NCBI GenBank assembly: GCA_034408725.1
Contig: JAWXCN010000182.1
Span: 1-64,000, forward strand
Direction of reading: 5' to 3'
DNA: 64,000 nt
Source of the DNA: Candidatus Hydrogenedentota bacterium
GTDB taxonomy: Bacteria; Hydrogenedentota; Hydrogenedentia; Hydrogenedentales; SLHB01
The notes beneath the pieces are model-generated. The model ran no database searches and had not been told where the DNA came from. It saw only the letters and a list, made by a program, of their open reading frames with translations. Both the position numbers and the translations under genes were made by a program. The first letter of the stretch is position 1, and the number at the start of each line of letters is the position of its first letter. Below, piece by piece: positions 27,792 through 36,090 of this stretch.

Positions 27792-29456
27792 TTATCGTGT
27801 TAAAACGTCATGCAGAAGGTCGAGTTTTTCCGCAACACTCCGCGCGCGGGTGCAAAGGCTCTTGTAGATGTCGAGGGTGCGTGCGGCGAGCAACGCCGGG
27901 TCCGAGCCTTCAAGGTTTTCGCGGTCGAATCGCGCGGTGGCGACGAGGGGTTTGCACGACGAATGAATCTCGGCATAGACGCGGAGCTCTTCATCCAACG
28001 CCATGAGCATACTCACCAGATGCTTTGCCTGCCGCATTTCTCCGGGCCGTCTGAGCGTGTCAATAAGTTCCCGCGTAATTGTTTCACCTCTGTCGCCAAT
28101 ATTCGCCAGGCCCGACAATGCGTCATTTAGCGTGGACCAGCAGGCGCTATCCGCGGGTGCTGCGTAGTGGTTTGCAAGATTCTCCAGACAGTCGCGTTCA
28201 ATCTCATTGGTCGATTTTCCACGGAAATCTTCGAGCCACATTGGACGATACGCCATTCGCACGATGTCCGAATGGGTGGCATTGCGCCGTGCGACTGGAT
28301 ACCACTGTAGACAGCCATCCGGCGCGAATTCCGACCGGAACACTTCCACGCCTTCGAGAGGGACCATCGCGACAGGCACATCGTCCTTGCTGACGACAAA
28401 CTCAACCGCACTTGCGACATGGCTATCGGTAATGAGGTGTTCTGCACCTGCATCGCGTCCGCGTAGGTCCGAGCGGCCTACGTCTTCGCGTGCCAACTCG
28501 ACTGCATAATGGCCGGCGCCGTAGGGACCTGTTTCGCGAAAATGAACGTAGCCAACAGAAACCAAAACAATGGGACATTGCACCGCGGCGGCGATGTGCA
28601 TGGTTCCTGTGTCGTTGGTGACGAGAACTCGAGCGCGCTTCAGTATTGCGGCCAACTGGGGGATCGTCGTTTTACCAAACAGATGCGCCGCGACGCCGGG
28701 CGCGTGGCGTTCGAACTCGACGCCCAATGCGGCCTCTTCGCTGACGCCCAGCAATACAATGCGGGCGTTGTTTCGGGCGACCAGTACCTTTGCCAGCGCC
28801 GCAAACTGTGCTTCCGGCCAGCGCTTGTCGCGATCGCTGGCGCCCAGTTGGAAACATACGACGAAGCCGTCATCGCCGATACCGTTTGCGGCCAGGATCG
28901 ACATGGCCTCAGCATGTGCTACGGCATTAACTTCCAACACCAATCCGTTTGTAACAGGAGGGGATTGCATGAAATGGCGAAACGAGTCGCAAAGATTTAG
29001 ATCATTCGCTTCCCGGTGCAACACGCTGGTGATGAAATAATTCGGGCCACGCCCCCGCCACACATAGCGCCAGTCCTCGCTGAGGTGCGCGCCAATGACT
29101 TCCGGTATGCCCGCCAGCTTGAGCAGCATCGCGGAACAAAGGCTGTGTGTACAATTGTACGCAATGTCATAGCGTCCTTCTCGCAATTGCGCGATATAGG
29201 CGTCGGTCTGGCCGTAGACTTTCAATAGCCGGTCGGGGTCGTCACTTTGGAGGTCACGAAAAACTTCGTCTTCTTCATGGACCAGTATGTCATTGATGTC
29301 CGGATTGCATTCCGCGATGGACTTGCCCATGCGCCGGACCATTACGGTTATATGAGACTCTGGTTCGCGCTGCTTGAGCGCGCGGATCAACGGCGACGTT
29401 TGAAGCACGTCGCCCATGCGCGTCATCTGCGCAACGAGAATCCGTTTACGCGCCAT
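27792..29456 (-). CDS. GT9 (heptosyltransferase-like) glycosyltransferase with a C-terminal helical extension
   Basis: RMGDVLQ, QLGASDRDKRWP, GKTTIPQL, VTNDTGTMHIAAA, ETGPYG. Confidence 0.88.
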   Translation of the reverse strand: MARKRILVAQMTRMGDVLQTSPLIRALKQREPESHITVMVRRMGKSIAECNPDINDILVHEEDEVFRDLQSDDPDRLLKVYGQTDAYIAQLREGRYDIAYNCTHSLCSAMLLKLAGIPEVIGAHLSEDWRYVWRGRGPNYFITSVLHREANDLNLCDSFRHFMQSPPVTNGLVLEVNAVAHAEAMSILAANGIGDDGFVVCFQLGASDRDKRWPEAQFAALAKVLVARNNARIVLLGVSEEAALGVEFERHAPGVAAHLFGKTTIPQLAAILKRARVLVTNDTGTMHIAAAVQCPIVLVSVGYVHFRETGPYGAGHYAVELAREDVGRSDLRGRDAGAEHLITDSHVASAVEFVVSKDDVPVAMVPLEGVEVFRSEFAPDGCLQWYPVARRNATHSDIVRMAYRPMWLEDFRGKSTNEIERDCLENLANHYAAPADSACWSTLNDALSGLANIGDRGETITRELIDTLRRPGEMRQAKHLVSMLMALDEELRVYAEIHSSCKPLVATARFDRENLEGSDPALLAARTLDIYKSLCTRARSVAEKLDLLHDVLTR

Positions 29457-31230
29457 CAAACAGCGCCAACAATTGTTCGGCTGACGTCCGGAGTTCTCGC
29501 AGGTAGGCAAAGACCCCCTCGGGATGCGAGAGGGGCGTGCCCATGACCGGAATGAAATTATTCAACGCGGTTTGGGAAAATAGCGTATTGGGCGGAAGGG
29601 TTGAGAGATAACGTCCCAGTGGAGATTCTTTTCCCGCCCGCTCCGCCATTTCCGAAACGGTGCGTTGGACGCGGACGCCTTTCGCCAACATTTGTCCGGC
29701 GAACAAAGACGTGAGGTTGTCGAGCATTTGCTGGGCGCGATGGGTGTATGTGTGTTCGCGCAGCGCACGGTTGCGCGCATTATCGGCCAACACGCGGCGC
29801 TCGTCCGGCGCTTTCAGAAAATGATCGATGAGTGTTCGGCACTGTTTAAGGTCGCGGTATACAGGCAGCTCCGATTCAAAATCAAAGAAGTTGCTGAGTC
29901 CGTTACAGGGATCGCAAATCTGGAAGCCTCCGCAGGCGGCGATCTCAAACACGCGGGGGTTGACGGCATCGCAGCGCGGGTCTACGCCGGAATGCGTTGC
30001 ACTGGAGTGTAAATTCAAATTGATGGACGCGCCCGCGACGATCTTCGCGAATGTTTCGGGTGTGAAACGCTCTTCAGGATGGGAGAGAAATGGTTGCAAT
30101 TCGCGCGCGTTCCATTCCGTCCCCCAGATTCTGAGGTGATAGTCGGTGAGGCCCAGAAGAAACTGGCTGCGATTGTTGTATCCGGCGCCGGCAAAGGCGA
30201 CTTCGCATCCGAACTCATTTTGATCAGCATGCGAAAGTTCGACCGGTTTGTGCACGTCCGGATCACAACCGGTTTGCACAAGGGTATGGCGCCGGCACCC
30301 GGCTTCTTCCAGTTTCAACTCGAACTCACCGGGTTGAAGGTGAAAGAAACAATCGTATTCGCGGCAAACCTGCCGCCAATACGGCATGTGCCGCCAGTTT
30401 TCCACGAACCAGAAGGCTGAGACTATATTTTCTTTGCAGAGTCGAGCGGGGAACGATGGTCCTACCGGCGCCTGTGCCATCACGATGCAGATATTGGGCG
30501 CAAACTCGGCGACTTGCGCGTAGGCCCATTGTTCGAGCACGTTCGCGAGTAACGATCCAAGTTGTCCCGATGCGTTCTTCGAGCGCACAGTGCCAGTCAC
30601 GCGCTGGTACAAATCCCATGCATCGCTGGTATCCACGAACAGTGTGCGATGGCCCAGATGTTCAAACGCGCGGGCGAGGTACGAAGCAATTGGCAGCGAT
30701 CCGCCGTACATGGGTCCGACGACGGCGACACTAAGCGATTTACTGACGATCTGGATACTAGCCACATGTCGGCGCACTGCCGCGACAACTTCGGGATGCA
30801 ATCGTTCAGTCGGCGGATGGACCAGAATCTGCAAATCTGCACGGGTGAGCTTCAGAAAATCTGAATCAGCAATCAACTGGTCCGGGTCTCCAATCGCCAG
30901 CATTACATCGCTGTCAGCGAGTGCAGACTCGATAGCAATTTTCGCGACGCAGCGATCAGGTTCAAAAATCGTTACCCGGTAGCCACGCGCAATCAACTCC
31001 GCAACGTGATACCCGCACCCGATACCGACGACCAAGACGGCGCGTACTATGGATGATAGGCCGGCGTCATCGATAAGCCGCGCGGCCTCTTCGCGAGGCC
31101 TGTACCGGCTGTGAAGGTAAACGCCCTGCACGCGCGCGGTAGTTTCTCCGCTTTGAGCGCGCTCCGTTTCAATGCCTTCGCGCAACGGCTCCGTGGCGAG
31201 GTCCGGCGCCCACGCACGCACAGATTTCAC
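29446..31230 (-). CDS. Glycosyltransferase: Maf-like N-terminal domain plus CgeB-type GT
   Basis: YLHSRYRPREEA and VGIGCGYHV at the N-terminus; VAFAGAGY.NR, INLNLH, NPRVFEIAACGG, EHTYTHR. Confidence 0.85.
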   Translation of the reverse strand: MKSVRAWAPDLATEPLREGIETERAQSGETTARVQGVYLHSRYRPREEAARLIDDAGLSSIVRAVLVVGIGCGYHVAELIARGYRVTIFEPDRCVAKIAIESALADSDVMLAIGDPDQLIADSDFLKLTRADLQILVHPPTERLHPEVVAAVRRHVASIQIVSKSLSVAVVGPMYGGSLPIASYLARAFEHLGHRTLFVDTSDAWDLYQRVTGTVRSKNASGQLGSLLANVLEQWAYAQVAEFAPNICIVMAQAPVGPSFPARLCKENIVSAFWFVENWRHMPYWRQVCREYDCFFHLQPGEFELKLEEAGCRRHTLVQTGCDPDVHKPVELSHADQNEFGCEVAFAGAGYNNRSQFLLGLTDYHLRIWGTEWNARELQPFLSHPEERFTPETFAKIVAGASINLNLHSSATHSGVDPRCDAVNPRVFEIAACGGFQICDPCNGLSNFFDFESELPVYRDLKQCRTLIDHFLKAPDERRVLADNARNRALREHTYTHRAQQMLDNLTSLFAGQMLAKGVRVQRTVSEMAERAGKESPLGRYLSTLPPNTLFSQTALNNFIPVMGTPLSHPEGVFAYLRELRTSAEQLLALFDGA

Positions 31231-34200
31231 GGCGATGCTTCCCGTATTCGCGCGAGCAACGCATTCGCTTGTGCATGTTCAGGCTGTAACATTAGCAGGG
31301 TTTCGAGGCGCTCAACGGCTTCCAGCGGGCGGTTGGCTGCGTGCAACAGTTCCGCGAATCGATATCCAGCATCGGTGTTGCCGGGGTATGAATCGACGTA
31401 GCGTTGCACCACGGTGAGCGTTGGCTCGAACGCCGCAGTCCTTTCCGCGCAATCAAGAAGCCGCAGGACGACAGCGGCATTATCCAGTCGCGCATCAAGG
31501 GCGCGGATGAACCACTTCATGGCCAAATCCCATTCACCGTCCGACAGGGCGATCAAACCCAACCCGCCCAACGCGCGATCATGTTCCGGGTCTGTTGCGA
31601 GCGTTCTCTGCAGATGTTGTTCGGCTTCGACATTTTTCCCGGCTGCAACCAGAACGAGGCCCAGTTCCGCCACAACGTCCACATCGTCGGGCGCGAATGA
31701 AAGCGCCTCGGCATAAAGGGCAGCGGCCTTGTCCAACTCTCCCATCCGCGCCATTGCTTTTGCCATGATCCGCTTCTGATCGCGCAAATTGACGTCGCGC
31801 GCTTCAACGGCAAACTGATATGCCGACTGAAAATCCTGATTATCCAATGCATGACGCGCGTCGGCTAGCCTGTCCATCCCCGGCTTCGCCGCGACGACGA
31901 GGTACTGGTAGACCAACAAGTCCTGGTATTCGGCGTCATCCAGCGGCCCGAGGGTCAACTTTCCGAGGCGCAAGCAACCCCGTACATCACGCGGTAATTC
32001 CTTCGGCGGCCACATCGACAGCGGCTGAAGTTTTAGAACTTCCAGTCCAGCGTCGTGGACGAGTTGCGCCATGTCTGGCGCACAGAAAAAACGTAGATGG
32101 GTTCGATCCATGATTCCGGCATCTTCGTACTGCCACCGTCCGTTGGCGTGCATCATAACGGTCTGCCAAAACCGGATATTTGGAATGCTCATGACGATTA
32201 CGCCATCTCGCGACAGCACGCGCGCAACTTTTTTCAATGCTGCCGCGGGTTCGATGAGATGTTCGAGCACGTCTCCGAATACGACGCAATCGAAATATGC
32301 GTCGTCCCACGGCAGTTCCATATTTTCGATGCTGCCGTAAATCGCATGATCGAGGTGTTGCTTTGCAATGGTAAATGCGCGTTCAACGACTTCGATGCCG
32401 CATACCTCGCGCGCGCCACGGTGCTTGAGGGCTAGCCCGAATTCGCCGCCGCCACACCCGCAATCCAGAATACGTTGCGCCCGCAACGGGACGTGGGCCT
32501 GCAACTCGGGCCGCGGCGACCGGTAGTATCCACCGCGATTGAAGCGTGATTCGCCGATCAATCCCCCGAGCGCGCCGATCGATTCCATAACCATCAGCGT
32601 TATTCTACGCGCGCGTTCCCGATACGTGTGTTCGCGCAACACGAGGGATTTTCCCGCGGTGGCAATGCGTTCGCGGGCGGCATTATCAGCCAGATACTGT
32701 TCGATTCGGCAGAGCAAATCCGTGTCATTCCGGTAGACCACCAAATGCTTGCTATCGACGAACAGGTCTTCCAATCCATCGGCCTCATCCGTGATCAGCA
32801 ACGCGCCAGACGCCATAGCTTCGAATACCCGCATATTGATATCGCGCGCAGCGCTGATATTCACGACGATTTTGGCTTGTGCATATATGCGGGCCATTTC
32901 TTCCGGCCAGTACTTGCCGAACACGACGTTTGGGAATCGTTCGCGCACAGCATCCAGCAATCGTTTTCGGCGGTCGTTTGGATCATTTGGAATGCTTCCC
33001 ACGAAAGCAACGTCATAGATGCGATCCATGGGGCCAACGTTGTGGAGGCCCGGTGAACAGCCCAGCGGCATCCATGCGACGTTCGGTACGCCAGCGCGGA
33101 CGAAGTCGTCAAGCCGGGATTTCTGCGCCAGAAACGTGAAGTTAAACCGGCGGGTCATGGCGAGGCGCTGATCAAAGGCGCAGTGCGTATCAATGACATA
33201 GGCGACCCGCGGAATCGATACTAATTCGAGGTCCGGCGGAATATCGTCTACACCGGAATCGACCCACAGATACAGCGACGGATCGAATCCGGTTGGGAGC
33301 GAGGCGAAGACGTCGGATACTGGCCCATCGATTTCGCGAGGAAAATCGTGGACATGCTGAACAGGCGGAGGCCCGTCGAATCCCCAATCCCGGACCAACG
33401 CATCAGGCACGCGCGCGCCAGTGGTCAGTACGTTCTGGTCCTCGCGTAGCGCGCGCTCGAAATAGCGGGCTGTGCTGAATGGCGAGGAACAATATTCCAG
33501 CACGACATTCAGGCGCGGTATGACTTCGAGGTCCTGTTTTCGATGCGTGGGCCGGCCGTTGTGGCGTTCAATGGCCTGCTCGATTGTTGTGCGCCACTTT
33601 TCGACGAACGCATCCATTGGAAAATGCGACGCAACAGTTTCGCGGCCACGAGCGCCGATGGTTCGCGCGAGGTCGCGGTCTTCCAATAGCGACCGAATCC
33701 GCGTGCGGAGCACGTCCGGATCACGTGATGTGAATCCGTCAGTGCCATCGGTAATAGGCGAGGTGGCGTTCGCCAATGAAACCACCGGCATTCCACAGGC
33801 CATCGCTTCGAGCATGGCGAGGTTGTATCCGTCCTCGAAGGCTTCGCGGGTCACGTGCAGCAGACATCGCAAACTCCGGTAACACCCGAGCAAGTCTTCA
33901 AAGTCGCGTGACGGGCGCGCATTGGGCATCGCGCCATCCTCGCCGACGATACGATTGGGAAAATCGGCGCAAACCTTTTCCTGAAAATCAACGTCAAACA
34001 TAAGGTCGCGTGTTCGCATCGCATTGCCTACGCGCAAGACTTCCTTTGTGTCGCCCGTGTACCCGCCATATGCATCGGCGTCGATTCCGGGAGGGATAAC
34101 GGCGCCATCCAAACCGTAGTCACGCCGTTTCGATTCGGAAATGAAAACGAACGAAAACTTTTCCCGCAACCGCGCCAGCAATTTTTCGTATGCCAGTTTT

Positions 34201-34532
34201 CCCTGTTCTTGATCGCCCGACACGGTAGTTTCGAGGAAGGTGCGCCTGTTGTGGCAGACCAAGATGCAGGGCACTTGTGCATCGATAATGTTGGCGGCGT
34301 TCATTTCATTGTGAGCGATCACGACATCGTATTTGCTGGCTCGCAGATCCTGCCGCCAGATTGTTTCTTCGGCAAATGCAATATTGGGAGGAATCGGCCG
34401 GAATTTGGTTTGCCAGGCCCGCGCGTAGGGCGGTTTTTCGTACAAACCGACGGTGATGCGAAGGCCTGCCTTCGCCATCAGACAGAGGTAGGGTTCGTGA
34501 AAGTTGAATGTGAGAACGTGCGGACTGGTCAT
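31227..34532 (-). CDS. Multidomain glycosyltransferase: GT4 + CgeB-type GT + SAM methyltransferase + TPRs
   Basis: LEAMACGMPVV; INMRVFEAMASG..HTYRER; LDCGCGGG, DVLEHL, DRTHLRFF; C-terminal TPR-like helices. Confidence 0.9.
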   Translation of the reverse strand: MTSPHVLTFNFHEPYLCLMAKAGLRITVGLYEKPPYARAWQTKFRPIPPNIAFAEETIWRQDLRASKYDVVIAHNEMNAANIIDAQVPCILVCHNRRTFLETTVSGDQEQGKLAYEKLLARLREKFSFVFISESKRRDYGLDGAVIPPGIDADAYGGYTGDTKEVLRVGNAMRTRDLMFDVDFQEKVCADFPNRIVGEDGAMPNARPSRDFEDLLGCYRSLRCLLHVTREAFEDGYNLAMLEAMACGMPVVSLANATSPITDGTDGFTSRDPDVLRTRIRSLLEDRDLARTIGARGRETVASHFPMDAFVEKWRTTIEQAIERHNGRPTHRKQDLEVIPRLNVVLEYCSSPFSTARYFERALREDQNVLTTGARVPDALVRDWGFDGPPPVQHVHDFPREIDGPVSDVFASLPTGFDPSLYLWVDSGVDDIPPDLELVSIPRVAYVIDTHCAFDQRLAMTRRFNFTFLAQKSRLDDFVRAGVPNVAWMPLGCSPGLHNVGPMDRIYDVAFVGSIPNDPNDRRKRLLDAVRERFPNVVFGKYWPEEMARIYAQAKIVVNISAARDINMRVFEAMASGALLITDEADGLEDLFVDSKHLVVYRNDTDLLCRIEQYLADNAARERIATAGKSLVLREHTYRERARRITLMVMESIGALGGLIGESRFNRGGYYRSPRPELQAHVPLRAQRILDCGCGGGEFGLALKHRGAREVCGIEVVERAFTIAKQHLDHAIYGSIENMELPWDDAYFDCVVFGDVLEHLIEPAAALKKVARVLSRDGVIVMSIPNIRFWQTVMMHANGRWQYEDAGIMDRTHLRFFCAPDMAQLVHDAGLEVLKLQPLSMWPPKELPRDVRGCLRLGKLTLGPLDDAEYQDLLVYQYLVVAAKPGMDRLADARHALDNQDFQSAYQFAVEARDVNLRDQKRIMAKAMARMGELDKAAALYAEALSFAPDDVDVVAELGLVLVAAGKNVEAEQHLQRTLATDPEHDRALGGLGLIALSDGEWDLAMKWFIRALDARLDNAAVVLRLLDCAERTAAFEPTLTVVQRYVDSYPGNTDAGYRFAELLHAANRPLEAVERLETLLMLQPEHAQANALLARIREASP

Positions 34533-34554
34533 TGCTTCGTCAGAACCGTCCGGC

Positions 34555-35175
34555 TTATTTCAAGCCTGCTTTTTCCCGCAAGAGCGACGCGATGCCCGCT
34601 TCATGTTCCGCGCGCGGCGCGAGTTCGTATTCCAGCAAATCGCCGAGCAGAATCAGGTCGCCCGATTCCAATGCTCCGGCTGCTTCGGAAAGAATCGTGT
34701 TCAACTCTTTGTGCGCCGCGGCAAGTGGCCGGCCATTGTAGGGCATCGCGTCGATTTCGACACCCAGCGCGTGCGCGATCATTGCCTGCCTGCCCTTAAC
34801 GTGCGACCAAATCCCCGCGAGTTGCTGGAAGGGCTCATATCCCGACTGCGGCTCTGCGCCCTGAAATACCCGCGCAAGCTCACGGCAGACGGTGGGCAAT
34901 TCCGGCAATACCGATTCCATTTCCGCGAGCGCGTCTTTGACGAGCTGTGAGGTTTGCTGAGATTGAATATCAAGACACTGGACGGCGTCTATTGGTTTGC
35001 CTCCGAGCGCTTCTACCAACCGCGATGAATCAATCGATTCGCCGTCCAACGAAACAGAAACAATAGAGCGATCCTGTTTTTGTAGCCATTCACTGACGGA
35101 CGCCAGCGCGTCCATCACATCCGCCGGGGCAGTGGCCAACGCAAAATCCTTCTTACCGTCTACAACGACATCCAT
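34555..35175 (-). CDS. Helical hypothetical protein of the kind found in flagellar glycosylation loci
   Basis: Ends GDLILLGDLLEYELAP; lies between csrA and the glycosyltransferases. Confidence 0.75.
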   Translation of the reverse strand: MDVVVDGKKDFALATAPADVMDALASVSEWLQKQDRSIVSVSLDGESIDSSRLVEALGGKPIDAVQCLDIQSQQTSQLVKDALAEMESVLPELPTVCRELARVFQGAEPQSGYEPFQQLAGIWSHVKGRQAMIAHALGVEIDAMPYNGRPLAAAHKELNTILSEAAGALESGDLILLGDLLEYELAPRAEHEAGIASLLREKAGLK

Positions 35176-35211
35176 GTCATCGTCCCCTTTGCCGCGTCTT
35201 GAGTCTGCACA

Positions 35212-35433
35212 TTACGAAATAAAGAAACGTGAAATATCTTCGACCTGCACAGGCGCCGCGGCTTGCGCGTTTTCCGCTTGTATGGCCTCGTATATTTCCT
35301 GCCGGTGAACTGCAACGGATTTCGGCGCCACGATCCCTATTTTCACCTGGTGTTCTTTCAGATCGAGGACTTTCACAACGATGTCGTCTCCGATCATGAT
35401 GCTCTCGTCTTCTTTACGCGTGAGTACGAGCAT
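35212..35433 (-). CDS. csrA: Carbon storage regulator CsrA
   Basis: [16 protein letters not shown]...[24 protein letters not shown]; Asn55 present. Confidence 0.96.
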   Translation of the reverse strand: MLVLTRKEDESIMIGDDIVVKVLDLKEHQVKIGIVAPKSVAVHRQEIYEAIQAENAQAAAPVQVEDISRFFIS

Positions 35434-35881
35434 GCGATGCCTCCGTCCCGGATTGTGCCCGCGCTTGCGCAAGATAGAATTGTATTGGGTATGTGCTGCG
35501 TTCGAGGATGCTTTGTTTTCCCAAGCGGTGTTTTTTGCAGATCAACACGGGTGCGCGCATGTTTGTGCGAATCTGGGCCGGATTGTGCGGCACGACGACG
35601 AGGGTGAAGATTAGCAGTTCCGAGGTAGAGGCCACTGCCAGCTCCGCCAATTCCTGCGGGCGCAAATCAATTTCATACTCGGGCATGACCGTGCGCGGAT
35701 CGATTAGAATGAACGCCAAATCACCTGAATCTGTCGATTGGAGCCAAGTCAATTGTTCGCTGGGTCCTGGCAACAGGATGTAGCGGCGAAATTCCTGGAA
35801 TCCCAGGATAGGCTGCGTGAAAGTAATCACGTCAGCGGGAGCAATGGCCAGCTTTCCGAAGCGAGTAGTTTCGAGAATCAT
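35414..35881 (-). CDS. fliW: Flagellar assembly factor FliW
   Basis: TTRFG, ITF..PILGF, WLQS....LAF...DP, TNMRAPV; overlaps the csrA start. Confidence 0.92.
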   Translation of the reverse strand: MILETTRFGKLAIAPADVITFTQPILGFQEFRRYILLPGPSEQLTWLQSTDSGDLAFILIDPRTVMPEYEIDLRPQELAELAVASTSELLIFTLVVVPHNPAQIRTNMRAPVLICKKHRLGKQSILERSTYPIQFYLAQARAQSGTEASHARTHA

Positions 35882-36027
35882 CCACGGCCTTTCAGTTTGA
35901 GCACATCTCAATCAGTATGCACGAATTGATTTCATACCGCAACATCTTGGGGTAGTCAGAAGAATTATTCGATGCGAACCTTGAAGGATAATATTTACGA
36001 ATACTGTGTAAATTATAGATTATGCTG

Positions 36028-36056
36028 TTGACATTGCTTGTACCCTATGCTACATT
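36028..36056 (+). promoter_or_regulatory. sigma70 promoter of ileS
   Basis: TTGACA-17 nt-TACATT with extended -10 TG. Confidence 0.75.
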
Positions 36057-36090
36057 CCCCGCCTTAAATCGCGGCTCTGAGTACCGATCC

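Noticed and set aside
35912-36090. T-box leader for ileS or sigma28 promoter for fliW
   Set aside because: The ileS promoter is only ~35 nt from the start, leaving no room for a T-box; no convincing TAAA-N15-GCCGATAA on the minus strand
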